Origin: Azolla caroliniana
Taxonomy: Eukaryota > Plantae > Polypodiophyta
Assembly (NCBI GenBank): GCA_043228905.1
Contig: JBHGNT010000022.1
Location: forward strand, 1,984,001 to 2,048,000
Direction of reading: 5' to 3'
Length of the DNA stretch: 64,000 nt
A model generated the notes under the pieces. It did no database searches, had not been told where the DNA came from, and saw only the letters and a program-made list of their open reading frames with translations. A program made the position numbers and the translations under genes. Numbering within the stretch: the stretch's first letter is position 1; every line of letters starts with the position of its first letter. Positions 32,515 through 47,279 of this stretch are shown in pieces.

Positions 32515-35329
32515 ATTACAAATTACAAAGCTTTTTTGAATGATTAGAAGAAAAAGAACAAGAAGAAAGAAAGAAAGAAGTCTAATTAGGGGGGTAAACT
32601 CTACTAGTATGAACTATAGAAATATGTATATATATATATATACATATATCGATTGGATTGGATTTGTAAGAAGATATTGATTTGAAGCCCTTGTGTTGGA
32701 GTGATAGATAATATAAGTGTGGTTGAGAAGGATTCGAACCCTTGATGAGTCAAGATTCAAGACAATGACTTGAGATGTAAGGAGGAAATGAAGACACCAA
32801 CCAAGATGTTTATATTGGCATCGTGAAATATGTCATGCACACATACTCCTCCCCACATGTTAAGTGTGTGTGGAACTGTTTACTTTGTCTTCACCAGGAC
32901 TTTGACAAAACTAACTCGAACTCTCAAGTGGTTCCCAGGAAATTGAAATGTGTGTAAGGAAATTGAAATATGTGTGTGTGTGTTGCTATATCCAATCGAT
33001 GATGTTCAAACTGTATAACCATGATGATGGTCAATCTGTCTCACCAACTTGTTCATACTGGCCCTCGACAACGCTTCAGATAACAACAAAAACATGTGAG
33101 AAAAGTGACTTGCTCCGCACACCAGGTCTTTTATCCCACAATGACGTTGGATATATATATATAAACCAACATTAGGAAACACCCCACATGTCGTTTTTGA
33201 CACTTTGGTGGTGGAATTAGTTGGATATCATTGAAATAACTAGAACTTCATTAGGTGGTGTTTTAGAATAACAATTTTAGATCACAAATTATTTGTAAAA
33301 GTAGTTTTTTCATCTAGCTTCCTCGATCAAGAACATAGTACTACTTGCACACGAGGATACTAAAGGAAAACTAAGGATTTTTGTGTTGGAATAGGTAAAA
33401 TGTGTCCATTAGGTTGCTAAGCACAACTCTAGATGATTCCATGAATGAAAAGTTATTGACGAAAAGGATCTAATGCAAGTCCGTGCAAAAAGCAACATCG
33501 TGGACACTTACTGTTTCATGGAATCAAACTAAATGATTTTTTTGCATAGCCACAAATTTGATAGCTCAGTGGTTGCTTTCCTATGATAATTGCATGACAA
33601 TCCACATTGGGGCACAACTCTACAATTATAGGAAATACTGAACATCATGCCTACCTACTTGATAATTATCGTCTTGTTTAAACTCCCATCTTGAAAAACA
33701 TTTTTCTATACAAATCTATCATTGTTGTCTAAACCTATTATTGTATCTATAAATCATATAATGCGGAAATTTTGGAACAACATATTTATGAATACATGAT
33801 GATCTTACCTTTAATAATGGAATCATGTAATACTAGACACACTTTTTCAATATATAAGAATATAGGTAGGGATGTTTAGGAAAGTTGTTGGCGTTATTGT
33901 CTCTATCACCTTTTGATATTACTGCTAGATTTTGTATGTTTTCCAATTTTTGCTTTTAGCTTACAATAACTTTCACCTCATAAACGTCATTCATAATAAC
34001 GATGAAAACACAGAATTGTATGAATCCAATATACTTGTGTTTCAGTACAACATTATTATTTAATTTCCATTTGAAACAATTTCTACTCCATGTGTTCTCG
34101 AGAATATGTCTTTTAGATTGCTATCACATTGTTCAAAATGCGAAATGGTTACAAATGTGTATAGCCTACTCTTATCCATTCAGACTTTGAAATGTAGAAT
34201 TTGAAAGCTCGGAAACAAGTTATGTTTGAAAATGTCCAAGCCACTTAAAAGCTTTTATGAATTTCAAAGTATGATTGGTTTGCTAAAAGCTTATGAGAGA
34301 ATGGACCTACCATTATTTAGAACATTCTTTCTCATCTTGTTCATATTGAGTTTGCAAGTCAAGTTTCCAATATGATCATGTACTATTAAATGTTACTTTT
34401 AGTAGAAGAAGAAGATGTCTGAATGTTGTCTTTTTAACTTAAAGATATCAAACCCAACTTATTCTTATGTAAGGAAAATTCAAAGTTGAGCTTGAATTCA
34501 ATACAAATATACAAAAAGTCAAAATTTAGGGACTTAGGTGACACATCTGACGAAGCACTTGATAGACTTCCATTGAAATGCAAATTCTAGAATCCATGTT
34601 CAAGGACTTCAATCGAATTATTATCGAGATTTAGTTGTGCAACAAGAAGAAATAAAGAAAGAAGATTCACAGCAAATAATTTCCCTCTTCAATGTGAACG
34701 CAAGAGCAATTAACAAACTAGAATACCAGGTCATCAATCCCAAGTAAACTTAGTTTCCTGACATTAGACAAACAAGTCAAGTTCTTTCTAGAATAAACAT
34801 GATGGTTTGTAGCCATGCTTCTTTCAAAACCCCTAATAATTATTGTTTCCAATTGGCTACTTGAAGATGCATCTTACAAATGTCAAATTATGATTAGAGA
34901 AAAGGAGGCATTAGCATAACATGTATCGAGAAGAACTAAAAGCATTTACCTAGAATCCAATGAAAGTGCTGTAAAAATTTGCGGCTAATAAAGTCTAGAT
35001 TGTAGATACACATATATCTCTGTTGTATTAGTGGGACATTAATTTTAGATAGGAATAACCTTTTGTATCTCATTGTTCCCACACGTGGACTATCACTACT
35101 TGAGCCATCATATATTTACATACTGTTATATTCCCTTTTGTAGGATTTTCAAATATTAATCTTTTGTTTCTACTACACAATGGTAGGCCATCACAACTCT
35201 AATAGACAGATTTTTTTTTGTGATAGACACTAATTTTATGACACAATCATGAGTGTGGTAGTAATGCGGGGATTGCAAACTAGACCAACTTTTTCCCTAT
35301 ATGACTAGTAAATTTATTTCTAGGTCATG

Positions 35330-37860
35330 TTTATAGTCTCTGGGAGGCTGCACCATGTAAAACTGTTCCTCAAGGTCGCCTTGCAGGAAAGTGATCTTCA
35401 CGTCCATCTGGTGTAGCTATTATCCCTTTGCCACTACTACAACGAAAAACACCTGGACGGTCGTTATCTTCACGATTGGCGCGAATGTCTCATCGTAGTC
35501 GATGTTGTATGTTTGCGAGTAGCCCTTGGTCACTAGTTGGGCCTTGTGCCTATTAATGTTGCCATCGACGTTGTATTTCACCTTGAATACCCATTTGCAG
35601 CCGATCCGCTTGATACCTTTGGGGGGATCAACAAGGTCCCACATCTCAGTTTTGGCCAGTGCGTGGATCTCTCCCTCCATGGCCGTTTTCCAATTGGCAT
35701 ATAATGCCACCTCCGCATAGCTCTACGACTTGCGTATCTCGGCCACTTTCGTTATGTACACATAATGATGCACTATGTACTCATTCTATCCATACATGAT
35801 AACAGGGTTCTTGTGACAAGTTGATTAGCGCAACTTCTCGTTGGCAATTTTCATGGCCCTCCTGGCCAAGTCTGACCTCAATTCCGGACGTCCACCTTTA
35901 GTCATGGACCCATCCTATTGGCTCTGATCTGATGTGCCCTCATTGGTGCCATATTCTGACAAATTCTTCTTCTCCTTCTATTTGTGGGTAAGGAATCTCT
36001 ACAACTTTTGTCGCGGGGATTGCATGGCCGAGTCCTCTTCGCTAGCTGGCTTGTCAATGGGCTAGCTGTCTTAGCTCAACTCTTCTGGATTCGGCCCACT
36101 TAGTTGGAATGAAATCGGACTTTCTAGATTTTGATTTCCTCTTCATCCATGATAGTGCCAACTTCATTGGCCTCATCTTTAGGGATCGACAAAGAGTCTT
36201 CAGGGGTTAGAACTAGAAGGGAGTATCCATAGGCTGATTCGTCGAACACGACAATGCGGCTCACTCATACCTATTTGGTTTGGGGGTTGTAGTAGTTGTG
36301 CCCCTTTTACTCGTTCGAGTAGTTAACCAAGATACATTTTTCAGCCTTGGCTTCTAACTTCCTTCACGTTTCCTTCGACACATGCACATATGCTATGCTG
36401 CAAACACCCTCAAGTGTTCCAGGTTTGGCTTGTTTTTGAAGTATAGTTCATGTGGTGAGACTACATTTGCAGATGTCCGATTCTGGAGGTACACGGTCAT
36501 CCTGAACGCTTCGGCCCAGTAGAACTTGGGCATGCTCTTCTCTTCTAGCATCGCCCTAACTGCTACTTCTATGCTCCGATCCTTCCTTTCGGCCATGCCA
36601 TTCTGATCTGGCGTGTATTTGCAGAAGAATTCGCGCTGAATTCCCTTCTTCTGCAGATAGCTTGTGAACTAATCGGAAAAGTACTCCTTTTCGCCATCGG
36701 TCCTGAGGCACTTGATTTTTCTACATGTCTCCCCTTCGGAAAGGCTTTTCATCTTCAAGAAACAAGAGAAGACTTCGCTTTTCCTCTCAATCAAGTATGC
36801 CTAGGTGTGCCAAGCGAAGTCATCAATGAAGGTGATGAAATATCGTCTCCTTCAGATGTTCATGTTCGGTGCCGGTCCCCACACATCCGAGTGGATCAAA
36901 TCGGCTTATTACGGATTCGATTTTGCTCGTTGGGGAAAGGAAGCCGGTGTTGCTTCCCTAGTTGGCAAGCTTCACATACTTGGCCTTTCCAGCCATTGAA
37001 TTTTGGTAGCTGAAAACAACCTGTTTCACCTAAATCTCTTGAAGCATTGGGAAGTTGACATGGTCGATCTGCCTATGCCATAAGTTGAAGTACGAATAAA
37101 CCTTCTTTCCTTTAGCAATCATTGCGGTGTCGACGTCATTGGTCTTTAGGATAAACATCCCCCTTCTATACGCCCTTGTGGAATAATCCAGCCTTCCTCC
37201 TCAATGAAGATGAGTGACTTGACCTGCATCCCCTAGTCGACGATCTGTTTGACAGACACAAGATTCTTCGTAATCGTCGGGACGTGCAAGATGTTCCTCA
37301 TAATTCCTTTCTAGTCGGCGTGGCTCAGAGGGAGGTCTTCAATGTGCTTGATGGGGTGAGGGTATCGTCACTGGTTTCGACAACCCCTAGCTATTTCGGG
37401 TTCTCCATAGTCGAGAAACACTCCCTGTGGTTTGTCATGTGGTTCAATGCGCCAAAATCCACGTAGCACACCTCATTCGGTTTCGAGGTGCTCATCCCCA
37501 TCCAATTGGCTTTGTGCTTAATTACGAAGGTAGGGCCCATTTTGGCTCACCTTGAGGCTTCAATATACTACGATCTTTGACACCTTTCGGCGTCGGCTTT
37601 GCTTGATTCGCATTTGTCCGAATGAGCACACTTTCTCCAACACTCACATTCTTTGTGGTCCTTTCGACCACAATACAAGTAGTCTGTGGCTTTCCCTTGT
37701 TGGCTCCGGCGGCACCCTGACTCCCCCTGGTTCTTGAGGGTTCATTAATGTCGACACTTCTTGTGTGCCTCTGGTTTTGCTCCTCTCGTTCGCCAACATT
37801 GTGTGCTAATCCGCCTTTATGTACAATATCTTGCTATCAGTCGCGCTCGTTGCATTGTTG
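35330..37860 (-). mobile_element. Decayed internal fragment of a Ty1/copia element, related to 52451-64000
   Basis: Zinc-knuckle and protease remnants, integrase (AERKDRSIE..FYWAEA), RT start (IGCKWVFKVKY..DYDETFAP); no LTRs seen. Confidence 0.88.
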
Positions 37861-38510
37861 TTAAAAAACACGTACTTTATAGATACAATATAGTTTAGAA
37901 TACCCACACATATTCTAAGTGTATTCTACCTTTTGGAACTGTCATTTTTTGTAAGCCTAAATTTGTAAATAATTTAAAATTTGATTTTCTAGGGCTTTTT
38001 TTAGTAGTGAAAAAGAAAATAATTGGGGGTTTTTGTTACGAGTAACGAGTGTTTGCATTTTGTAGATACTAGGTTTTTACGTACGTCTTTGGAAGCAGCC
38101 TGTAAGAAGCTCAAACTCTAAAGCAAGTAGCATTTTTGTTCAAACTTCATTTCAAAGGTGATTTCATTGTGATTCCGATTTGTAATAGAGATTAGTTGTT
38201 GGTTTAATCTTGTATTTTATAAATTTATAGTAAGAGTTAGACTATTCAATTGTTAGCATATATATCTATTCCATGTATAATCAAGCAAGGGAAGAGGGAT
38301 AGGGAATCGTAAAAGAGGATGAAAATTGATTGTTCTTGATAACTAGAGACTTAAAAAATGCAGCTCAGGAATCAATATACATAGTTATTAAATCAGTTGT
38401 TTCAATATGAACAGGAGAACCCAAGTGCTCCTAAATGATATCTAATTGTTCAGAAGTTGTGAGATTCATGGAAATGGAAGTATGTTGGAATTTGATCCAA
38501 TGAAACATGG

Positions 38511-39768
38511 CAAGTACATTAGTTGGGTTTAGAGTCTCGCCTCTATCCAAGTCCCTTGTAGAATTTTTTCACACATGCAGACCATGCCAATCAGAATCAC
38601 AACGGTGCTTCCCTCACCTAGAACTTCAAGTAGCTCTTACTTAGGTGGTAGAGTAAAAGTGGACCTAGTCATGGAGAGTGTAGTTTCAGGTGCAAAGGCC
38701 CAAGTTTTAAACATTACATATATTTTTCAATTTAGAGATGAAGCTCACATTTCCAAGTACATGCCTAGGCAACAAATTGGACAAGATTGTTTGCATTGTT
38801 GTTTTCCTGGGGTTCTTGATGTATGGAATGATTTTTTTTATGCTATGATTGTGTGGAGTGCCATGAAGGAAAATACGCCATGATTCCAAACACAATAACT
38901 TGTTTGTTGACAACATCAAGAGTAGGGTTTTTCGATAGATGTTAAATTCGGATAATGCGTGAGAGAGTGGCTTTGGTACAATGGCAATTTCCAGAGCATT
39001 GCCCATAGTGTTAAAGTGGTGAGAAGCTAAACACTACCTAATAAAGGTTTGCTTACATGGTTTCATATTGCCTATCTTTCTAAAAGCACTTCCCATTTGT
39101 TAACAATATTTTTACCCCCACTAAGCATCTCCTCTGAAGTACTCATCAAGGAGGTACATGTATTGTATTTGCATTGGTCATTGATATGGAATGTTTTGTA
39201 CATGATGAAATCCTTAATAAATGTAATCCTCATTCGCTACCTACAATTGTTCCAGGCATTGGCTATGTGCCAGTACTATTCTTTTCATCTTAATTAACAA
39301 AGTTTTTAAATTGCAGCAAATATTTCTTCTTATTTCACATAGTGAGTGACATAAAACTAAGCACATGCAAGCTGGCATTTAGAATATCTTATAGAATAGG
39401 GATGAGTTCACGTGTAAACCCTTTCCTCATGTAAACCCTAAAATAGAAATCATGTTTGTTATTTTGTAAGATTTCTTTTGAAAGCAGTAATAACATAAAT
39501 GACAATTCATCTCTAGGTATCTACAAAACAAGTGTATGGTGAAGGTAAAATGGGGGATATTAAATATAAATGGAGAGCTTGACTATAGCAAAAAAGAAGT
39601 AGGGAATAACGAACCAAAGAATGATGGATTCACAAGTACATTAGTTGGGTTCAAAGTCTTACCTCTATCCAGGTCCCTTATGGAAATTTTTCACACATGT
39701 AGACCATGCCCATCAATCACAAAGGTGCTTCCCTCACCTTGAACTTCAAGTAGCTCTTACTTAGGTGG
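38511..39768. repeat. Diverged ~137-bp direct repeat pair (38511-38648 and 39633-39768)
   Basis: CAAGTACATTAGTTGGGT...GAACTTCAAGTAGCTCTTACTTAGGTGG present in both copies. Confidence 0.8.
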
Positions 39769-41057
39769 CATATGCAATATATTCTACTAATAACTTGGCC
39801 TTTATGCTCATAGTACCTTCACATAACTTGCCATTATTTGGACATAGCTATTGAGAAGAAGGGAAGAGTTCAGCTAGGGCAAGGAGCTAAATCACCAAAA
39901 CACTTAGTACACATTGATTCATCAAGTAGAACATTGTGGAGACTACTAGCACCCAAAGGGCATGAGCTACATTCTCTTCTCATTCATTGTGGTATGGCCC
40001 ACTTGTCTTATATGGTGCTTCTTCCTTTCCACTATGTCATTCTCTTGTGGCACGAATCTACCTGTGAATCGGCATTAGATTAGTAGATTCCTATTCTTTA
40101 GAGGAATTTTAGTGGAATGAGAGAACAATCATATGTGTTAACATGGACATAGAAGTGGATAATTTGAGTGCCATAGGCGTGGATAATGGAAAGTGATCAT
40201 TAACTATGTACACATAACTTAGGTGAGGGTAGGTCATTGATATTTACATAAGCGAAGGGTATGTTTACTAATGATAAAAAGGGGACTAATGTGATTGGAT
40301 GGAAGGAATGATAGGTGCATGTAATATCATGATTTGGACAACCAATGAATAGAGAGCCTTTTAGAAAGGCACATCCATTCAAGGGGCCTAGGAAAAGGTA
40401 TAAATATGAGGCTTAGCTACCCTCATAAGGACATTACATCGGAAGGCTATTGCCTTAGACACTGGTGGTGCGGGCTAGGCTTTTGTCTTGATGATCGTGT
40501 TTATTTCTTCCAAGGTATTAATCATCCTAATATCCGGCGGTATGGGACGTCAGTGGTAGGTTGGCTATGTCTAAATCGTAGCTCAAGGGTGGTCGGGTGA
40601 AACGGGTTCTTCTATCCAATCTATTTTCCTTCTTTTACTTTACTTTGGTCGATTGATTAGTAATAAACTCTTAACAGTGGTATCAAAGCATTTACTAACA
40701 TTTTTTTGTTGTTGTTTGCATGTGAGCAATGGGGATCTAACAAGGCTCGTCATGCTCTTGTCAGGATCAAAGCATCATTCTTAACCCAGTATTCTTCTTT
40801 CTCAATCTCTCTTTTCTTTTCTATGATGCTTTCTTATTGGTCATATGAAAGTCGTATTACATTTTCTTTTTTTTTCTACCATGATACGATGTTAATCTAC
40901 TTACGCATCTGGTCGAGCGTGTTTGCACTAATTGCACACGCTCAACTCATGGCTTTTTTGCATATTGCGATGTATCTCCCACTCTCCCTTCTCTTGAGCC
41001 ATCTCTTACGCAAATAATTATTCTTCTGCATCGGGTTGAGTGTGTTTGCCTTAATCG

Positions 41058-41156
41058 CGTCATATATGATTGTTATAATAGTTAAAGGTCTAACATATAG
41101 ACCAAGACGTCTTGGGCTCGAATCCTTGTAAGGCCAAAATGTTTGTCGTCATGACA
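41058..41156 (+). mobile_element. 99-bp mini-element with (C/T)GTCAT...ATGACA ends and tRNA-like core; candidate minimal solo LTR/TRIM
   Basis: AATCG duplicated at 41053-41057 and 41157-41161; removal restores similarity to the neighbouring repeat near 40911-40955; core ends ACGTC-TTGGG-CTCGAATCC. Confidence 0.75.
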
Positions 41157-41201
41157 AATCGCACATGCTCACTTCATGGCCCTTTTGCATATGATGTTGA
41201 G

Positions 41202-41450
41202 TATGCCACTCTTCCCTTTATTGAGCCATCACTTGGCCAAATCTATGGGATGGTGTGGCCTTGACGAGGTGTATGTTGCCTACCTATGCCACTCTACTCT
41301 CTATTGAACCATGACTTGGCCGATTCTATGGGATGGTGTGGCCTTGACGAGGTATATGTTACTTACCTATGCCAAATTACTCTTTATTGAGCCATCACTT
41401 AGCTGATTCTAGGGAGATGTGGTGGACTTGAGGAGGTGCACGTCGACTAC
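41202..41450 (+). repeat. Three 83-bp tandem repeats in the chromovirus 5' leader
   Basis: TATGCCA... starts at 41202, 41285 and 41368. Confidence 0.9.
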
Positions 41451-44400
41451 CTTAGGGTTTCATACGTTAAGGCATGCTTAATGTTCCATACACCTAATTG
41501 ATCATTATTCTAATTAATTTCTAATTACACAAATTTTTGTTTCACTTTTGTATGATTTTCTCATAATTATTGTTTACTCACCCACAATTTACTCTTTTCC
41601 CACCCTTCCTTTTCATGTTTAAAGTATATACGTCCGTTTACCTATGATGTAATGCTCCCGTGTAGACTATTTTTTTGTATGGACTGGGCATCATGCCGCT
41701 TTTTGAACGATTTTTTCCAATGTGTCATCTAGGTTTAACTCATATTATTGAGCGTTAGAACTCAAGTGAAACCACGTGAATTTCCCTATGGATGTTTTAC
41801 TCATAAATTTGAGTACTACATCTTTGCGCACAATACCACCACCATTTGTATCAACTTGTGGCTTATGTCACAATTGAGCAAATTTCAACCATCATAGTGG
41901 GATGTATAGGAGCATACCTCACACCATCCATTTATTTGTTTTTTTTTTACTGTTGTTTTCGTCACTGCTTAACTCTTATGGATAGTGCCTTATTTTATCG
42001 TTTTTATCATAACATTTGCTTGTTACCCGCAAGACTAGAATATTACTTGCGAGTGCACTTGTTTTTTCACACAATACACTTTCTCGACCATATCAATACA
42101 TGTTGGGTTGACATTCTAATATAAGGATAACTAGGAAACTACATTGATGTTAGAACCATGGTTGAGCCTCAGGGAGCTGCCATGATTATTCAAGATAGAG
42201 ATCCGAGAAAGACATCTTAGCTATGTTTTCCCCCATGGTTTTTAAAACACCATAGTGTTACCATAGTTATCGGATCTCGAATCACATCTCATATGTCTAG
42301 AGGGGTAAAAACGTCAAATGATTTCTTGGTAAAGTTCTTCCAATCAAAATTTCAAGCATTCATTTTGCTTGTTTATTTTTTGAACCTCCTTATTTATATT
42401 GCATACCCACAACTTGCATCATGGAACAAGTTTTGAACGTTGTTAGAGCGATCTCTCCAACTGAGACCTCTCAACTCCAATCTACATCTCCCACACAAGC
42501 TAAAATCCCTATTGAGCTTGCTCACTACTTCCTTGAATTTGGCTAAAATGAGGCGGGCCAATATGGCCTTGGAAAAGAAATTCCAAGAATTGACTATTGA
42601 GTCCAGGAAAGAAGGTGAACCTTCTTTTGTAGTAGTCACACCATTCGAGGGAGATAAGAAAGAAAGAATGGAGGAGGCCATTAGCACTTCGCTTGGTCGT
42701 TGGGAGTCTTAGTTTGAGCTCCAACCCAAGCCCGATGCTGTAAAAACTGGTTATGTCGGTCGTGAGTTAGGTGGCCGAGCTGCTGCTTGGTGGCGCGGCC
42801 TAAGGATTGCAAAGAACTTACCCATGACTTGGGAAGGTTTCGTTGATCTTTTTAACAAACTGTTCTTGTAGCCACCTTCTCAAATTGAACAAGTGCAACA
42901 CTTGCTCATGTTGTCGAGTAAGCCGTTTACCTCTCTCGAGGATTATGTGCATCATGCTCGGACCTAGATCCAAAAGTTGAGGCTTACAGGTGAGAAATGG
43001 TTTGTCGCTTGTTTTTTGAATGGTATTCCCATTGGGGATTACCATTGGATTGTCCATGACAAGGACCCCACAACTTTCGAGGAAGCCGTCAACATTGTAC
43101 CTCGGTACCATAGGACTTCCAAGAAAGACCACAATAAACTGAGTTCACCAAAACTCCAAATGTCAAGTTCATTGGGAAACGTAAGCAATCCAATGCCACT
43201 CTTGACCACGACTCCAAGAAACCTAACCTCTTCTGTGCATATTGCGAGAAGTGGGGCCACATAAAGGATACCTATCATCGTCTTGAGGGGATGTCAATGA
43301 ACACCCTCCTCAAGACAAATCTACGAGTCACACAGGTGAGTCTTTTGATGTTATTGAAGTTCATACCAACCACTTAAGTTCATGTGAATGCACTTTTCCT
43401 TCACGTTTACTTGGACCTAATGATTTACTATGAGCAATCGGGTATATCAATGGAACACAAGCACATTTCTTGTTTGATTCCGGTAGTTCTCACAATTTTC
43501 TTAATGATCACTTTGTGCAGCAAATGCAACTCCACATAAACACAAGTGATCATATCTATCAAGTTCACATGGAAAATGGAAGCATTCAATACATTAGTGG
43601 CATTGTTTGTCAACTGTCAATTCAAATAAATACCTATTTGGAGAAGCTTGACTTTCATGTTATGATACTACAATTCGTAGATGTCATTTTAGGATACCAT
43701 TGGTCTTTTAATATAAACCTTTCTTTGTCCATTGATTGGGTTAATCACTCAATCACATTTGAACCTAATAATTGTAAACATTTTATTCAATGTTCCAAAC
43801 TTCCTTCTCGTTCACTTGTGTCTTCTAAATCTTTAAGTGAGTATTCTAGTTCATTAATTTATTCGTGTCTAATTGATCCTGCGCTTCAATTTTATTATTT
43901 TAATATTGAAGCCACAAAATCACTACATTATGAAAAACAATTACTCGACTCTATTTTAGAAGATTTTCAAGACGTGTTTCCTAACGAATTACCACTTACA
44001 TTACCACCAACACGTAATGTGGACCATCAAAGTGAACCCATCCCTAGTGTTGATCCTGTGAGCATTCCACCTTACCGACTTAGTCGATTGGAAGAGGATG
44101 AGATCGCTAAACAACTTGAGTATGGGCCACATTAGGTATATTAAATCAACTTGGGGTGCACCAGTTCTATTAGTTAAGAAGAAGGAAGGTTCACGGCGAA
44201 TGTGTATCAATTATGGCCTTTTGAATAAAATGACAATTAAAAATGCATATCCATTACCTCATGCCGATGATTTGATTGTTTGCATGGGGCCCGATATTTT
44301 ACCAAAATTGACTAACCAACATGTTATCATCAGATTCACATTACTTAGGATGATATTCCTAAAACCACTTTTTGTATGCGTTATGGCCATTATGAGTTTT

Positions 44401-47279
44401 TAATCATGCCTTTCAGGTTGACTAATGCTCCAACCACATTCCAACAAGTGATGAATGGCGTTTTCCAAGATCAACTTGGTGATTTTGTTGTCGTCTTCTT
44501 GGATGATATTTTGATATATAGTCATACCTTGCAAGATCATTTTCAACATGTTTGATTTGTTTTGCAAAAGTTACATGACAACTCTTTCTATGCAAAACAT
44601 TCAAAATGTGGTTTTTTCCAAAAATCTATTGTGTACCTAGGTCATTTAATTACGGAAAATGGCATTGAAATTGAACCTTCTCGTATTGAAAAGGTTAAAC
44701 TTTGGCCCATTCCTTGTAACATTCGTGAACTTCAATCATTCTTAGGATTTGTTGGATTTTTACGAAAATCAATTCGTAATTATTCTAAATTGACTACGCC
44801 ATTAATTGACCTTTGAAAAGATCATCCACATAAGTCTGTCAAACCAAATTCATGGAATGAACAACTTGACAAATCATTTGAGACACTCAAAGAGCATGTG
44901 TGTGAGGCTCCAACTCTTCTTTTATCGGACCCTTCCAAGCCTTTCTCAATTGAAACCGATGCTAGTGATTATGCTATTGGTGCGTTCCTTTATGAAGGCG
45001 GTCACCCTATTGCTTTTGAAAGTAAAAAGCTTGATGCTACTCAATCTCGGTATTCGGTTCAAGATAAGAGTTGTTCACGGTAATACATGCACTGAAAACA
45101 TGGAGGCATTATCTCTATGGAAATCAATTTGTGGTTACAACGGACCATCAATCCTTGAAGTATTTTTGTGACCAGCCAGATCTTGTTGGTTGTAAAGGCC
45201 GTTGGGTTGACCTTATGCAACATTTTGATTTTTCCATACGGTTTTGCAAGGGTTCTATTTACACCATTGCGGATGCTCTTAGTCACATTAAAGAAGTTAA
45301 CATGCTTAAGTTCACAGAAATAAAATCTGATCTTTTAGATCACCTTCGATGGAAATACCTTGATGACAGTTATTTCTTGAAATATTGGACGAAAGCCAAA
45401 TCTGGTTTAGATGCCGTTACTAGCACCCTACCCTCGAAGGCAACCTTTCACACTACAAACGGTTTGCTCTACAATAGTGGAAAGGTATGTGTTCCAGATT
45501 TACGAAACGTAAAATAGTAAATTTTTCACATTGAATGTCATGATACACCATCTGCTGGTCATCCTGGAATACAATGCACACTCGTTCTCATCTCAAGTAC
45601 TTTTTTCTGGCCTAAGATGCGCTTTGACGTGCATAAATACGTGAGTTAATGCTTACAATGTTAGATTAATAAGTCGGAATGACTTAAAGCTGCTAGTCTT
45701 TCACATCCCTTAGATATTCCCAACAACAAATGGGAAAGTATCTCGATGTATTTTATTGTTAGTTTACCTCGTACACAGAGGGGCCATTTTGCGATTTGGG
45801 TTGTCGTTGATCGACTAACAAAATTGGCTTGATTTATTCCTACCAAAACCACGGTAACCGCTCAACAATTGGCTTATCAATTTGTTGATGAGTTATTTCG
45901 CTTTTATGGATTACCGATGGATATTGTTAGTGATCGAGATTCCAAGTTTACTAGTGACTTTTGGACTCAGGTCTTTAAGAAACTAGAAACTACGTTAAGC
46001 ATGAGTTCTACAGATCATCCTCAGTCTGATGGAATAACTGAACGAGCTAATCAAATTATTGAGGACATGCTTCGAGCTTACGTACCAAAAACCCCTTCTA
46101 AGTGGGAGCAATGCCTTCCTATCGTAGAATTTGCCTATAATAGCTCTAAACATACATCCACTAGATATAGTCATTTTATGTTGATGTATGGTTTTCAGCC
46201 ACGTGCCCCAGTTGATGTCACGATTCATCGTGATACATTAGACAGTACACACAATTTTTTGCAAGACATGAACCAAATATTGCATATTGCCAAAGAGAAT
46301 GTCAAGATAGCTCAAGATCATGCTTGATTTTATGCTAATCAGGATAGACGTCCTCGTGCATTTACTATTGGTCAAAAAGATTTTTTGCATGTCCCTACTG
46401 ACTCTACTTCATTGTCTATAGGCAAGTGTGCTAAGTTAGCCCCACAATATTGTGGCCCATTTGAGATCCTTAAGTGGGTTGGGTCATCTGCTTATCACCT
46501 TGCCTTACCCCGTAACATTGGTATTCATCCTGTTTTTCACATAAGTCTTCTAAATCCATTTTTAGGCTCTGGTGATAAAACCATCACAATCCAAGATCTT
46601 GTAACATTAGAGGATTTTTCTTACAAACCTCATGTTCCTGAACAAATTCTTGATTCTCGTACTAAACATTTACGTTCTAAAGAGATTCGGCTATTCAAGA
46701 TCAAATGGATGGATAAACCTATTGATGATACCACATGGGAACGCGAGCATACTCTTAAGGCACAATTTCCTCACTTTATATTGCAAGAGTGCAATCTTTT
46801 GAAGTAGGGGAGTATTTTATGTACACATAACGTTGGTGAGGGTAGGTCACTAATATTTACATTAGTGAAGGGTATGTTCACTAATGTTTAAAAGGGAACT
46901 AATGATTGGATAGAAGGAATGATAGGTGCATGTACTATCATGATTTGGACAACCAATGAATGGATAGCCTTTTAGAAAGGCACATCTATTCAAGGAGCCT
47001 AGGAAAAGGTATAAATATGAGGCTTAGCTACCCTCATAAGGACATTACGTTGAAAGGCTGCTGTCTTAGACACCGGTGGTGCGGGCTAGGCTTTCGTCTC
47101 GATGATCGTGTTTATCTCTTCCAAGGAATTAGTCATCCTAATATCCGGCGGTATGGGACGTCAGTGGTAGGTTGGCTATGTTTAAATCATAGCTCGGGGG
47201 TGGAATGGGTTCTTCTATCCAATCTATTTTCCTTCTTTTACTTTACTTTGGTCTATTGATTAGTAATAGACTCTTACCA

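Larger units (their letters stand above)
40205..47279 (+). mobile_element. Decayed full-length chromovirus primed by tRNA-iMet (LTRs about 40205-40676 and 46815-47279)
   Basis: Two homologous LTRs; PBS TGGTATCAAAGC at 40678; gag knuckle CAYCEKWGH; FDSGSSHNF protease; RT FLDDI; RH; IN; chromodomain-like EQILDSR..KIKWMDKP..TWE; many stops. Confidence 0.9.

Noticed and set aside
33000-35300. Possible exons or ncRNA in the AT-rich region upstream of the zinc-finger gene
   Set aside because: No recognisable ORF, motif or structure by eye.
38511-39768. Direct repeats as LTRs of a TRIM, or internal ORFs as a host gene
   Set aside because: No TG..CA ends, PBS, PPT or TSD seen, and the translations show no recognisable motif.
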